A stretch of DNA of 64,000 bases from Laetmonice hystrix. Its lineage: Eukaryota. Below, in pieces: positions 50,005-63,175 of the stretch (positions within the stretch are counted from its first letter, which is position 1; every line of letters starts with the position of its first letter). The notes beneath the pieces are model-generated. The model was given only the letters and a program-made list of their open reading frames with translations. It was not told where the DNA came from and searched no databases. The DNA lies in NCBI GenBank assembly GCA_965235115.1, contig OZ249436.1, positions 38,752,001-38,816,000 of the forward strand. Direction: 5' to 3'. The position numbers and the translations under genes are program-made.

Positions 50005-52884
50005 ACCACGTGTTCCCTGCTGATTACTCAGACATGGCTCCAGGCAGTGCCATTTTAACCCCCTGCTCCTCAAGGCAAGCAACCGGACGACCTTTCATGT
50101 TGCACGACGTTCGTAGGTCAGACGACACTCACACCCGTCAAGAGACCTCTACCACAATATCTCATCCAGTCTCACTATAGCCGGGCTCACACAAACCTTT
50201 TATTCATACATTATAAAATCACACAAAAAAATATTAAACATTCTTTGCTAGCTCGGTATAAGGTCATGACAAGTTCTATAATTGCGGGAGGGGGGTAAGG
50301 GTAAGAAGCTCGTATACAATGGAGGAACTCGACTCTTAGAAAAAGAAAAAGTCCTCTCCGTTTTTATTAGCTTTACTTTAATGCAGATCCTTCACGATCA
50401 AGGTCGCCTGAGGACGCCCCCCCCCCCCCGTTTTACTGAAATGCACTCAATTTCCCAAACACGAAAATGACACACTCCTTGAAGGTAAAAAAAAACAAAC
50501 TTCTGGGGCGATCCCAATCAAGGCAAGGCGAGGACAAAGGTCAATCATGTTTTACAGAGTTAACCCGGAAAGGTTGCCCTGGTTAGATCACGCTCACCCT
50601 GAGACAGGGCCGATTGTTGACATTTACAACGGCTCAAGTGACCTACGTGCTTCACCAAACAACCATGAAGCGCCACCTCGCGGCCATCCACACCCGACTT
50701 TACCGGAGATTGGAGATTTGACGGCCAGGGACTGCGCACACGTGATTATTATTACACAACTGTCAGACGACAAATTCAGCAGCATGGGAAACTTACATGT
50801 TAGGCAACATTGACAGGGTTCCCACAGACTTTCTAATATGAAATTCTATGATTTGTCCAGGAAAAATTTTGAATTTAGAAGGCAAAAAAACACTATTTCC
50901 TGGCATCTGGAAATTTAATTGCGAATTTCCTCATTTGAAATATTTAGGTCTGGCCTACCAATAATTTCATGAAAAGGGGTGGCTGATATTACCCTAGGCT
51001 AAATATGAATGTAGTGAGGTACCGGTACATGATGCTTATTTTCCAGGTCTGACCCTAAAATTCCAGGCTTTTCACTGGACTTTTGAAATTCCAGGATATT
51101 TCAATGATTTTTTTCCAGGTTTGTATCATTTTCCAGGTTTTCCAGGAACCCTGACTGAGCACTGCAACGTTTTGTCTGAATGCATCCAGGGGTGGATCTA
51201 GAATTTTGAAAGTGGGGGGGGGGGGGCATGCAAGGAGGGAAATCTGGCTAAACAGTTGGTTAAGCAGGGTAGATTTTGAGAGTTGGATTTATAAAGAGAA
51301 AAAAATGGTTGGGGGGTGCGACTCAACCCCCCCCCCCCCCCCCCGATCCGCTACTGGGATCAATGTATGGTGGAGTTGGCTCGACACTGAACTCTTTCAC
51401 TCAATAGATTATACCAGTTTGTTCACAAAGCTTTTGGCATCATTACAATGCATAAGTAGCTTAACGAACTGGCTTTCTAAATACAATGCAGGTAATACTT
51501 ACTAAAGTAGTCCCTTCTGTATCATTATCATCCTAAAAATCAAGGTTCTTTCTTCAAAAGGAACATGAACGGTAACTTGTTCAAATCTATCATTTCTATT
51601 CGCATACCAAGCAAACACCAAATAGCTCTTCTAATAGATAGTCCACGACTTTTGTTCGGTATGTCTGTGTCCGTCTGTCTGTCGTTATGCTGGGATGAAA
51701 GTGGCCAGCTGTAAAATTTCCTGGAAACCTGAGGATGAGGGAGGGGGGGGGGCAATGTCCACAATATTTGTTCATGCGCAGATCCGGGGTATGATCACAG
51801 CGCCACAGGCTGCGGGTGGTGCTACCAGACCCGGCAGACGGAAGGATACGTGCCGGTAGGAAGTCACCCAAGCAGGCCGGCCTATGGTACGGTGACACCC
51901 GTCATACTTGCCGGGTTTGAGACACTCTAATATCCCCCATCTATAGTATAAACGAACTCATGTAGGTAGATATATTGAGCTGCATGGTGTTAAAAACGTT
52001 CTGGAAGGGATATTTTTCCATTTGATATTTCAAAAAAAATGGCCCACCGCAGAGCAATACTTAGCCTTAGGCCTACCTCCCTTATAAATATCTCCTTTTC
52101 TTGAGGGGGGGGGGGTTCTCCTTCAAAATGTCCTGATTTTAGGATATTTCCTGAAAACTTTCATCCCTGCACGGTATGTCTGTCTGTTTATCTAAGTTGT
52201 GTCTTTGAAAGGCCACAATCAATTACATGTCAGCAGATGTTATACTTGAGTTATCACCAGTTATGGTCAAATAAGGCTTCCATTAATTTTAAATTAAACA
52301 ACGCCATGAGTATAATACCCAGTGGCGGATCAGACCAGGATTTCTCTTCCCCCCTCCCCCCTAAATCCGCCACTGATGTTAACTGGTACCGGTAATCCTT
52401 TGTCAATTTGGTTCACTTTTTCTTTAACAATAACAGCTGAATTCAAGAATAAATTTATATATACACAATAAATTATACAAAAAGTGGAAGCTTGGCCTCA
52501 AAAGCCTTTCTGGGTGAACAACATGTTGTTTTACACTCTCCTTGCATCCACCAGACGCCAGTCTCCTCTGGGTTGTGCTGGGTGCAGGGGTAGCTGGTGA
52601 CTTACCTGTGAGAGCAGAGAGTCTAGTCTCTCCAGTCGGGACGGTTTGAGAGCTGAGACATGCACGTCATCCATCCGCCGGACTGTCCGCCCTTGGCCAG
52701 CGGCCGCCGCCTCCGCGTCCTCCGGCGACATGTCTCCGAACACCGAGTCGTCGTCTGTGACAGCCTGCTGCTTGTGGAGCTGGGCAAGATCTCGGCCGAT
52801 GGGGGCCGGAGGTTTGGTGTCCACTTCGTCATCTTCAACCAGCAGGTCAGCCAGTGACCTTACCGTGTCTTGATTTGAATCCAT
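46589..52884 (-). CDS. MYORG: GH31-family MYORG / SITS-binding-protein-like type II membrane protein; exons 52884-52606 and 48658-46589; about 782 aa; probably catalytically inactive
   Basis: Exon 1 MDSNQD...LLSQ then gtaag, phase 0, joins ttcag|ISSSTSHKE. TM helix LFVSALFVSIVVIVSVVLIFA. MYORG-type motifs WYGG..QQWPL, FGPVLERYWLSTRGV, LGLLGYPFVL, PIIRPVWWIAPDD, FLVGDRLLVAPIL, REVYLPKGRW. Confidence 0.88.
49938..50004. repeat. (CTG)n microsatellite in the GH31 gene intron
   Basis: Directly visible; explains the poly-C/A/S ORFs. Confidence 0.95.
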
Positions 52885-53187
52885 CTTTATCTTGACGCAC
52901 CGATCGTGATGGAATAACTTAATGTTCGCTGCCTGTAGGCATGTAGAATGAGGGTATAAATTATTGTTTCAGATTCCAAGGTTTGTCAAAGAATATTTGT
53001 CATGAGTCACAATGTAGGGTTGACAAGGTGAAGTAGAACGTGTTGAACTGCTGCGAGTTGTTGCGAAGTACATGATCAGTGTGTTTGGAAGCATGCTGGT
53101 TCATGTTTCTATGTTATTATGTCCGTAACATGAGCACGTTGGATTCCAGCCAGGACTTGACCAATTGTTTCCTGTGAAGTGACTCAC

Positions 53188-53273
53188 TCTGCCGACAGTC
53201 CATCAGTTTGTCGACCAATCGCGGCACAGAGGAAAATACCGCCTGATTTCCTGGTTCTACTTCACTGAAGTGT
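53188..53273 (-). other. Candidate 5' UTR exon of the GH31/MYORG-like gene
   Basis: On the minus strand a pyrimidine-rich tttcag acceptor and a gtgagt donor bracket 86 nt just upstream of the ctacag acceptor at 52933-52938. Confidence 0.4.
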
Positions 53274-54150
53274 CTGAAAGTGAATCGTAAAAAAAACCAA
53301 TTCATCCACGGGCACGAACTTGATCTATGTCTAATGATGTCAGCACGTACTGTCTGACTTTATAAAAATATCAAATCATTTCTTCTACATAAGACAATTT
53401 AACTTTCAGCGAGTGGTAGATACTGGCATCGCATATATCTTGACCAACTTCAATAAAGAAAATAATTGGTCAGATTCATCGAAACTCTTGTGTCCTTCAT
53501 TAACCTTTACTTAGTAATATTGCATCTATCTCTAAGAAAACAAAGTTCTCCTTTTCTGAGATGTGTTCCATAAACACACAGTTTCATTTATATTGTGCCA
53601 TCATACTGGCGATTATGCTCGACGTGAGGCGGTATTTTTTACCCATGTTTTCAGTCACATGAATTCACCAAACCAGACATCTACAGAAAAGTAACTAAAG
53701 AGGGGAATCAACTGAGGGGATTGTCATTTGCGACGTTCATACGATTTCTGATTTAAAGATGGAATTTAGGTATAGAAAATAGATTTTTGCCCAGGCTGTC
53801 CGTCCCTGTATCTAGAATTGAGTTTCATTTATCCTTAAATCACAGAGGTAATGGGTGGTTCCAGAATTGGGGTGGGGGAGGGGGTGGGGGTGTTTTATTA
53901 CATGCTATCCTGGGGCACCTGAATATTCAAGTATTATGAAGATTATGAAGTCTCCTTGCTAGTAGCTCTGTTAACCCCAGTGGCTTCGACTGTATAGTTT
54001 GGGTGGGGGGTGGGGGGTGGGGGGTGGGGTGTGCAGGCGCTGTGGGGGGGGGGGGGAGACGTAATGTCGGGAGGAAATGAGCTGAAAAGAATAAATTAGA
54101 ACTGCGTCTAGCTGGGGTTTTAGTCATCCATACCCTTTCACGGACAACCA

Positions 54151-54748
54151 TACCAACTGGAAAATTTAAGTCAACTAGCTAGGTTACACACACCAACTGG
54201 AAAATTTAAGTCAACTAGCTAGGTTACACACACCAACTGGAAAATTTAAGTTAGCTAGCTAGGTTACACACACCAACTGGAAAATTTAAGTCAACTAGCT
54301 AGGTTACACACACCAACTGGAAAATTTAAGTCATCTAGCTAGGTTACACACACCAACTGGAAAATTTAAGTCAACTAGCTAGGTTACACACACCAACTGG
54401 AAAATTTAAGTCAACTAGCTAGGTTACACACACCAACTGGAAAATTTAAGTCAACTAGCTAGGTTACACACACCAACTGGAAAATTTAAGTCAACTAGCT
54501 AGGTTACACATACCAACTGGAAAATTTAAGTCATCTAGCTAGGGTACACACACCAACTGGAAAATTTAAGTCAACTAGCTAGGTTACACACACCAACTGG
54601 AAAATTTAAGTCAACTAGCTAGGTTACACACACCAACTGGAAAATTTAAGTCAACTAGCTAGGTTACACACACCAACTGGAAAATTTAAGTCAACTAGCT
54701 AGGTTACACACACCAACTGGAAAATTTAAGTCAACTAGCTATGTTACA
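54151..54748. repeat. 40-bp tandem repeat, 15 copies, highly homogeneous
   Basis: Unit CACCAACTGGAAAATTTAAGTCAACTAGCTAGGTTACACA, head-to-tail with no spacers. Confidence 0.95.
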
Positions 54749-57700
54749 AATCAAAATGTCATGATTCTCCCCAGGGGCGGATCTAGGTTTTTCCAGGGGG
54801 GGAGGGGCTTACAGAGACGCCAACAGTGCCGAGCTCGCGAAGCGAGGGAGCCCTAACGGGTGGGGTCCAGGGGCCCGCCTTAGGGCCCCTGGTGGGGTCC
54901 AGGGGCAAAGCCCCCAGAAGTTGGTTTTAGCCATTTTGCCAGCCAATTTTGACAACCTTTGACCTAGAGTTTTTCGTGTAACAGTCAACAAAAACTTTCT
55001 GAACAACCTTTCAGTGTGTTTACCTTATTGGGTGCTGAATGGAGCTGATCTAGCAATATCGGCAATGGAAGATGACATTGGCGCTTATAATTGGTGGCTC
55101 TCAGGGGGGTTAAACCCCCTTAACCCCCCCCCCCCCTCTTGGATCCGCCAGTGCTCACTTAAACTAAAAGCTGCCTCCTGGGTGCATTCTATTTAGTTTT
55201 CCTCCACCGAGGAAGAAGGAAGAACAAAACACATACAACATGTAGTTCAAAACCAAATGTCTTCTTGAATAAAACTACCAGATACCGATATAACAAATAA
55301 CTAAGACAAGTTTTCCAAAAGAGATCTTCTGCTGTCAGATTCGAAGGTCAGGATGACAGTAAAAAAGGACCATTCATCTTTAAAATCTTCTCACCAAACT
55401 GGAGCTATACGTTATTCAATCATTGATCCCCTGCAGAGATCGCCGCCTGGTTATGGTGGGCCAGACTCGGGGTCGCAAAGTACCTGACCCAAATACAATG
55501 CTCTGATTGGTCATTTGTACCCAACCAGTAGGGCGGAACGGCAGAGGTACATCACTGCACAATCCATTGATCGAGGTCGATGTGGGCCAGGGCTGGAGGG
55601 CATGCGTTCGGGGGTAATAGCCCCGCCCACCCCCCTCTCCCCGTTTGCAACCAATGTTTCTTCCTTTTTATTCCATCGTAGAACTTTCTAAAATGACCCT
55701 TCTCAATCCTTCTCTTGATTTCCTTTCAACCCTCCCCATTTCCACAATCCTGGATCTGCCCCTATTGTATACGTAGCAGGGTATTCTATGCTATAATGAA
55801 GGAAGTCTGACACAAATCCGGCTGAGGCCAAGTTGGGAGTTGACACCCCAAGTCATGATTTGTTTCTCAACTTGAAGATCGCCGTTCTCAAAACACAGCA
55901 CAATATCCAGTGCTACATAGATTTTTACAGGTCTCTTGAAATCCGGAAGCACCAGAATTTTTTTTACCCCCACTCCACGTCATTCGTAAATTGTAAAAAA
56001 ATAAAACCTTTGGGTTTTATTGTGGGCCAAAACACAAATACGCAGGTACGTCGAGTGGGTCAACAAAGACCATGTGGGTTGAAGGGGCAGGGCACTGGGG
56101 GTTTAAAACAATTTTATGGAAAACAATATACTAATGCCAATAACGTCCTATAGATGTGTCTGTACAATATATTAACAGCGAAAAAGTGAAAAACTGCCGG
56201 TTTCACAGAAATTGCCCCTTTAACAGGACATGATCGTATCAAAAAAATACTTCAATTCGCTGTTCTCTTTTCCTGGAAAGCCTCAACAGGATTGACTTAG
56301 GATCCTTGTACAGCCTGGTTCCAATGTTGTATTTTCACAAACCTTCCTGTTTCTCATAGATCTCTTGCTGTTATAACTAACGTGATAAAAGATAAAGAGC
56401 ATAATAAAGAAAAGACGATTTTGTAACTTGTTGTATGGCATGCCCAGGACGGATCACTAACATGCCTGACCCCAAACTAGTTCCTACCGCGCATGCGCGA
56501 CCTCATTTGTATCGGCCGGCTTATGGCGCTAGCACCAGCTGGCCTCATCACTTGTCATCTGGCTGACATATAGTGCCACTTCATTTAACACCCATAAAAG
56601 AAAATTAAGTCAATTGAAAGAAAATTGAAATAAAAGATCTGCATTTACCAAAACTAGAAATGTAAGATTTCGGGCAATTAAATGTTGTAAACGATCAGAA
56701 TTAGCAGCTTGTTTGCGGAAGTTTTTTTGCACGGGAAGTGATTCGTCTTTGCTCCTAACCAGAGAACGTGTGCTCGTAACCAATCAGACGACGTAATTTG
56801 ATCACGTGCGTTTATTTACCGGCCAAGCACGTGCTTTTGTGTAGCGTACATGCTATGCACGTTCCCAGTAGGCCCTACAGTATTTTTCCTTTAGAAAAAT
56901 ATTGCTTTTTCTTGCGCTTGCGAGTTATCTACAATGGATCCCTTAGGCTTAGAAAGTTGCAGCAATGAAATACTATAACTATAGCTGACTGGCTCCAGTC
57001 TAGGTATGGGCGTATAGCTTCTGTCGTACTCGACGTACATTTCGCTCAGCCTCAGGCAAGGCATAATCGCTCAGCTATACCTACCCGGCTTGGGAGCCAC
57101 CACTGGCCGGCACCCGGACGCAGCAACCCCCGACAACAAGCAGTTGGCCTGTCGGTGTCCTGCCGCGCAACGTTGTTTTCAATTTTGGACACAAAAAACG
57201 TGTTATAGGGCCTACTAAATCTAAAGCCCAGAAGACTTAGGCGTACAATGTTGAGGTTGGGTTTTATAAAAAAATACCATTTAAATAGGTACACAATCGT
57301 TTAAAGTACGATTGCTCGGCGCTTGCACGACAAGTCACGGCCAGAGTCTGGCAGAGAGACCGGCTGACCAACCGCCGCTCTCGCGGGTGTTGGCGCATGC
57401 AAGTCCCGGTCAGTGACAGCTCAAAGCCGGGAACGTGTCTGAGGGGCATGTGCAGCACAGGCTGAAAAATACATAAAATCAGCGATCTCTAATGAGCTGT
57501 AACAGGTTTTTAAAAAGTATGGATATATGTCTATGTCTGTGGAGCAGCAAATCTTTGGAGCTTGATTTAGTAGTAGTGTAACACCAGGTTAAAGTTAGGC
57601 TTTTTATCCCAAAAACGCGCGTTTGCTTTTGTTCTCTATTATCGCTCAGTAGATGGCAGCACTGGCTGCTCTTACGCGCAAGTAGTGCGGGAGGTGCGGG

Positions 57701-57854
57701 AGCTGGTGGCAGAGTCAGTAGGCCGCCGTCTGACCTCTGCCGTTGGAGAGTGGCCTGACCCGTCAAGGGTGAATATCAATGATCTCGTTGGAACTTTAAA
57801 CGTCTTGCCTTGCTTTTTTCGCCTTGTGCCTTATACACATGTACTCCCTTTATA

Positions 57855-58950
57855 CCCCCTTTACACAGGGGCGGCGATCGTTGAGAGATCATTTAGCGAT
57901 GACAAAATGGCCAGACCTCTCAACCATCTTTCAATGAGCGCCCAGCGATCGCCAAGATCTCTTAATGATCTCTCAATGATCTTACAGTGATCTCCACGGT
58001 CTCCTCAAAGTTTTGAACAGTCCAAAACAATCTCCCAACGATCGCCAAGGGAGGCAATCTCTCAATGAACGCTCAATGAACCTTCAAGGAGCGCTCAACG
58101 ATCTCATGGATCTCCCAATGATCTCTCAGCGATCTTTCAATGAACGCCAAATTTTTCCACCCTGAAGGTGGAGATAGCTGAGAGATCAGTGAGGGATCCC
58201 TGAGGGTTCGATGAAAGACCGAATAGAGTTCATTGAAAGACTGCAGCGAAGATAGCTGAGAGATCATTGGGCCATCAGTTTCCGCTTGAGAGATTGTTGA
58301 GCTCAGCAACGTCCTTGGTCGCCCAAGGAACTTCACTCAGCGACCTCTCCTGGTCTCTCCGTGATTTCCATAGATCTCTCAGTGATCTTTCTTGGTCGCA
58401 CCTAATCTCTTAGCGATCTCTGTAGATATCTCAGTGATCTCTCTTTGTCACACAACAAGCTCTCAGCAAACTTTCAATGGTCGCTGTAGGAGGCTTAGTC
58501 TCCATTGATCTCTCCAGGATCTTTCAATGAGCGCTCAATGATTCCCAAGGTCATTCATAGATCTCTATAGATTGCCATGAGAGTTGGTGAAAATTGCATT
58601 TCTGATTGCACAAAGATCTCCCAAACATTTACACAGAAATGCCTTTTTCGAGGCTTTAGGAGATGGGGCCAATTTTTGATAACTCAATGGTCACCCAACG
58701 ATCTCTGTCTGTGTAAAGGGGCCCTTACACAGGTGAGGGGATCATTGAGAGATCGTTGAGCGATGAAGAAATGGCCAGATCTCTCAACGATCTTTCAATG
58801 AGTGCCCAGCGATCACCAAGATCTCTCAATGACCTCTTAATGATCTTCCAGTGGTCGTCACGGTCCCCTCAAAGTTTTGAACAGTCCAAAACAATCTCTC
58901 AACGATCGCCAAGGGAAACGATCTCTCAACGAATGCTTAACGAACCTTCA
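57855..58950. mobile_element. Harbinger-like element (57855-58721) plus an adjoining truncated second copy (about 58722-58950)
   Basis: TIRs CCCCTTTACACAG / CTGTGTAAAGGGG; GATCTC-rich interior; about 57880-58090 is repeated at about 58745-58950. Confidence 0.72.
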
Positions 58951-59414
58951 AGCAGTGAGTGTTTTTGTTTAGCAGTCACCAACTCGCCTGACGTGAGTAA
59001 AACATTCTGCAGGCGACTAAGATGTGTCGGCTGTGCTGCAGGTCGCATGGATGTAGCACCCGTTGATGGTTGTGGATTCTAGCGGTCATAGGGAGGGGCC
59101 CCGACATCCCAGGGAGGAGTGGGGCAGAGGTAAATTAGCAAATTTAGCTCGGAATCTTCATATATGCGTCATGCATTAGGGTTGGGGGCTGTTCACATCG
59201 TGTGGCCTAGATCTAGCCATATCCGATAGATGGCGATTGTGGTGCACCCCCCCCCCTTATTTTTGCAAACTGACTTCTTAACTAATTGCTAATGAAAAAG
59301 ATGCTATTTTTAGCTAACTCTAAGACCTTGGATTTTGTTACCAGATGCCAGGAAAATGCGTATTTGGCACTTTTATTTTCGAAATTTTCTGGGGAAGGCC
59401 CAGACCCCCCTTAA

Positions 59415-59851
59415 AGGAATCATGTCAATTATTTCATATAGATTTTACAAATTGGCAAAAATACTGCTTGTATATAGTCTGGTAATTATGTTACATAGCA
59501 CTGCCTACTTGCCTGATTGGATTTTCTAAAATATTTAAAAAACAGCAAATTTGGAATGACGCGCATCTTTTTCTAGACCTGCAGCCCACCTACGCCATAG
59601 AGTTGCAACGCTATGCCTGCAGGTCAGACATTCCCGATGGCGGAAAGCAGCGTTGTTTACAAGTGTTCTCGACAAGAAATGTGGAATGTGAAGGTGACAG
59701 TGCATTTCGCTGCTCTTTGTTTACACTACATAATGTATATTAAACCTAGGAAGTATCCTCGGGACAGAAGGTGCATAGATTTTGACGAGGTAAGCATGAA
59801 ACCAGGCCGAACTGGCTTCCCGGAACGCTCAACCTGGGTGACATGATTCCT
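59415..59851. mobile_element. Kolobok-like MITE
   Basis: 13-bp TIR AGGAATCATGTCA / TGACATGATTCCT with TTAA on both sides (59411-59414 and 59852-59855). Confidence 0.8.
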
Positions 59852-61515
59852 TTAAGGCTTCGTGCCTTCAACGCTCGCAGGACCCGCATTGGAAATCTTC
59901 GAACTTGGCACCTATGAAATCTTCTGTTTGGCGACAGAGTTTGGCAACTTACTTGCCCACATAGGCGACCAAGTATTTCTGCTTAATGGAAAACACTGCT
60001 ATATAGGCCTACCAGTACTAGCCCTAGCCTAGCCAAAGAATTCGGCTCTGTGCTCTGTACAGAGCCGAAGGTCGCTGTTCAGAATTTCCGAGCGTACCCG
60101 GACAAATCTTCTGTCTGCCATGAAAAGCCCTCCCTTGTCTCTATATGTTGATGAAATAGTCTACTTGATAAATAAACTCAAAATAACTTATCTCTCATAT
60201 CTGCAAGCTGGAAAAGCATGATGCGACAAAATAAAGACAGTCACATCTCTCGAACCGAGAAATTTCAATGCTCGTTGAGTGCCGCCATTACCGTCTGAGA
60301 CACCCTCCAACGCAGAGCTACTTCCGCTTCGCTTTCTCTTCACACAGTAGCCAGAGTCTCTGCGTAGGAGAGTGCGTCAGAGAGATGCATGCTGGGATAT
60401 CAAAGGCAACATGGCGGCCGGTAAAACGCCGTTAAACGGGTGATCTAGACATGAATTTGACGTTGTACTATTAGAAACACTGCTTGAGGACCCGACACAC
60501 CTACTGTCGAGATAAATGGATGCCGGTGAGTTGATCAGTGCAAGCGGTGGTGGTCTGGCCTGGGTGTCGTCTGACCCGCCAGGAATTTAAGCCGACTGCA
60601 TGTAAGCATTGCTGGCTCGGCGCAAGGCTTACTACGTAGGCTAGCCCTAGCCCAACTCTCAAGAGTAGAGACATTGACTCGACTCTGAATACGGTGACAG
60701 AGTCGCGTCACATAACGCTGGGAACAGACAGGATGCGATAAAAAGCACCACCGAGGCTATTCCTGATTTTGACTCCTGGCGTTGGATAGCCTGCGGTGTG
60801 TTCAATCACATTGCAAACCATTGACTGATTGAGAGCTTTCTGTGCCAATGAAAATAGCGTGGCGCAATCTTAGTGAAATGGGCCCCTGACGCCAGCAATC
60901 ACGCTGTGTACCGGTATTTTGATGGAGTTTGACCGACTGTGGCATAAGCGAGGCGAGGCGAAGCAAGGTGACGCATTGGATCGCTCTCTAGACTAGAGCG
61001 ATTTTTGATGCTTGACGGGGGACCGTTACGTCAATGAACTGTGATTGAACAATCAACGTTCTTCACTCAGCCTGCCTCCTAAATGAAATGTGGTCATATT
61101 TTTTTCGTGTGACGGTTTGACTGGTTTCCCCTAGATCTACTATTAGTATTACTAAGTCAAGAAATAGAAAGTGTTTCAATTCAGATCAGCTCAGATCGCG
61201 CGTGGTTTCCACATGCCTATTAGACTCGGCGCAACGTAGTTTGTCGGTCTGTGTACGCGGCAGGTACGTAGGCAGTCTGTCTCCGACAGGCGTCGCGTAG
61301 TACGCGCCGCCTACGGCTACGCGGTGATCTTGTCACCGGCTTGTGCTCGCCCCTGTCCGGTGTCCCTGAAACTTGAAAGTGAAAGGCTGAACCTGGCCTC
61401 GGTACCGCCTGGACTGGTCCTGGCCTAGGCTCAGACAGAGCCTCTACCCACGATTTGGGCAGCATATAAAAGATGTGACCTATACATACTCATATAACGT
61501 GACATGTCGACCTAC

Positions 61516-61844
61516 CTGCACTCGTTATCTTGCGTCTGGACTCTCCAGTCGAGCTTCGACGTCATTTCAGCTGTGAATCCGGGATCAATGCAAACACCCT
61601 ATTATCGCCCACCTATCCCATGATGCAAAGGAACAGCGACATTTACCGACTGAATACATACTTGAGAAACTAAATAAAAAAAGAAACTACATCTGTTTTC
61701 CCCTGTAACTTTACGGAAGAAACAATCTCTCTATGACATTTACTAAAATAGTCCCCAAAATAATGTTATTATACGCATCGGAAGAGTTCGTAAATGTTAA
61801 TGATCACGTGTTCTCTTGTCTCGTCGTGCGCTGGAAAGAGCACG
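61516..61844. promoter_or_regulatory. Probable bidirectional promoter region with a candidate non-coding first exon of the minus-strand gene
   Basis: Minus-strand donor GCAG|gtaggt at 61515; CpG-rich surroundings; CGGAAG and CACGTG motifs; divergent ATG at 61845. Confidence 0.4.
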
Positions 61845-61894
61845 ATGGCGGCGAACAACTATTTTGGTTTTACTCATGGTGGAACGCAATATAG
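61845..61894 (+). CDS. ZFR: Zinc finger RNA-binding protein (ZFR/Zn72D-like), first coding exon; the gene continues beyond the window
   Basis: cacgATGGCGGCG start encodes MAANNYFGFTHGGTQY followed by donor ag|gtaggc. Resembles the recalled ZFR N-terminus MATGNYFGFTHSG. Too short for the ORF track. Confidence 0.75.
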
Positions 61895-62790
61895 GTAGGC
61901 ATGACTGTATTTGATCTTATTTGATATCATCCTTTCTGTTAGGAAACTATGGGGTGGTACTGGATTTGTGTTCTCCGTGGTGTAGTCAGAAATGCGTGAC
62001 TGAAATGTCAAAGCTGAGGATATACACCGGCAATATTCAACATGGCTGCCTGGATGTCTGTGACTCGTTTCATGGCCTGCCGGCTGTAGGTTTCCTGAGT
62101 CGGCATTCCGTCATAGAAGCTGAATATGTCGTTATTTTATCGTGCAACTGTAAACCAATGTTGCTATAGTCAGTTTAATTGTCCTTTTTGAAAAAAGAAA
62201 GGTTTTCTCACCAGTGGAGCATTGCCTTGTATAATAAAAGACAGGCGAAATGACGCAGACAGCCCAGCCCCACGCGTAGAATGCGTGCGCAAGGGCCCGT
62301 GACATTGTTCGTCATCAAATCGTCCAGACAGTTGTTTATCGGACTTGGTTCTGGTAACCTCATGAATCAAGGACAAATAATGAGGGCACATTTGATCTCC
62401 TGAGCAATTTCTGAATAATTACATTATCAACTGTCGTCGTTATACGTTCTTGTGTAAATAGAATTGAAATGTTTTGAGTACTTTGCATTGACCAGTCTAA
62501 AAAAAGAACGGAAAAGCGTCTAGAATCTAGATCTAGTCTAGACCTGTTATTATGTAGGCCTAATGTTTACGGAAGTGTGTTTTGAGACTAAGGAATAGAC
62601 GAGGTCACCCACTCTGCTACAAACAGGGAAGACCCAATTATAAATCAGTCAACATTTCTGACTACACCTTACCCTGTTGAGCAGATTCAGTTCATATTGG
62701 GAACAATGGTAAACTGGTGCAAAGATCATGCCAACTCAGACTGAGTCAGAGGCAGGGGGTGGGGGGTGGGGCTCACTCAAAGTCAAAGTA

Positions 62791-63175
62791 CAGGGCTCCA
62801 GCGAGCCCCAAAAAGGTAGGAGCCATTTTTGGCGCCAATTAGGGCTACCTAGTAGCCAAAGTGAAAAGAATGTAGCCAGCAAAAATGGAGGTTTACATTT
62901 TAGGGTTGTCTTTTAAAAATGCAGGACTTAGCACACTTTACTAGATTATATCGCGTCTACTGTCAACATCTATATAATTCTCGTTCCAACTTCTTCCTGG
63001 ATATTGAGCATTATAGACACAGATGCGTGGGCTACAGGACAGTAGTAGTTAAATACTCAATGCGAAAATGAGGTTGGATTGTGAAATAAAAAATATTTAA
63101 AAAACTAGGAGCCAAATATACTTTGGCACTTCAATATTTCTTTCTAAATTGGCAACAATGGTAGCTGGAGCCCTG
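62791..63175. mobile_element. hAT-like MITE
   Basis: 12-bp TIR CAGGGCTCCAGC / GCTGGAGCCCTG. Confidence 0.62.

Noticed and set aside
54151..54748. CRISPR-like array
   Set aside because: Units are contiguous with no unique spacers, there are no cas genes and the context is eukaryotic. The same applies to the arrays at 6898, 35354 and 39480.
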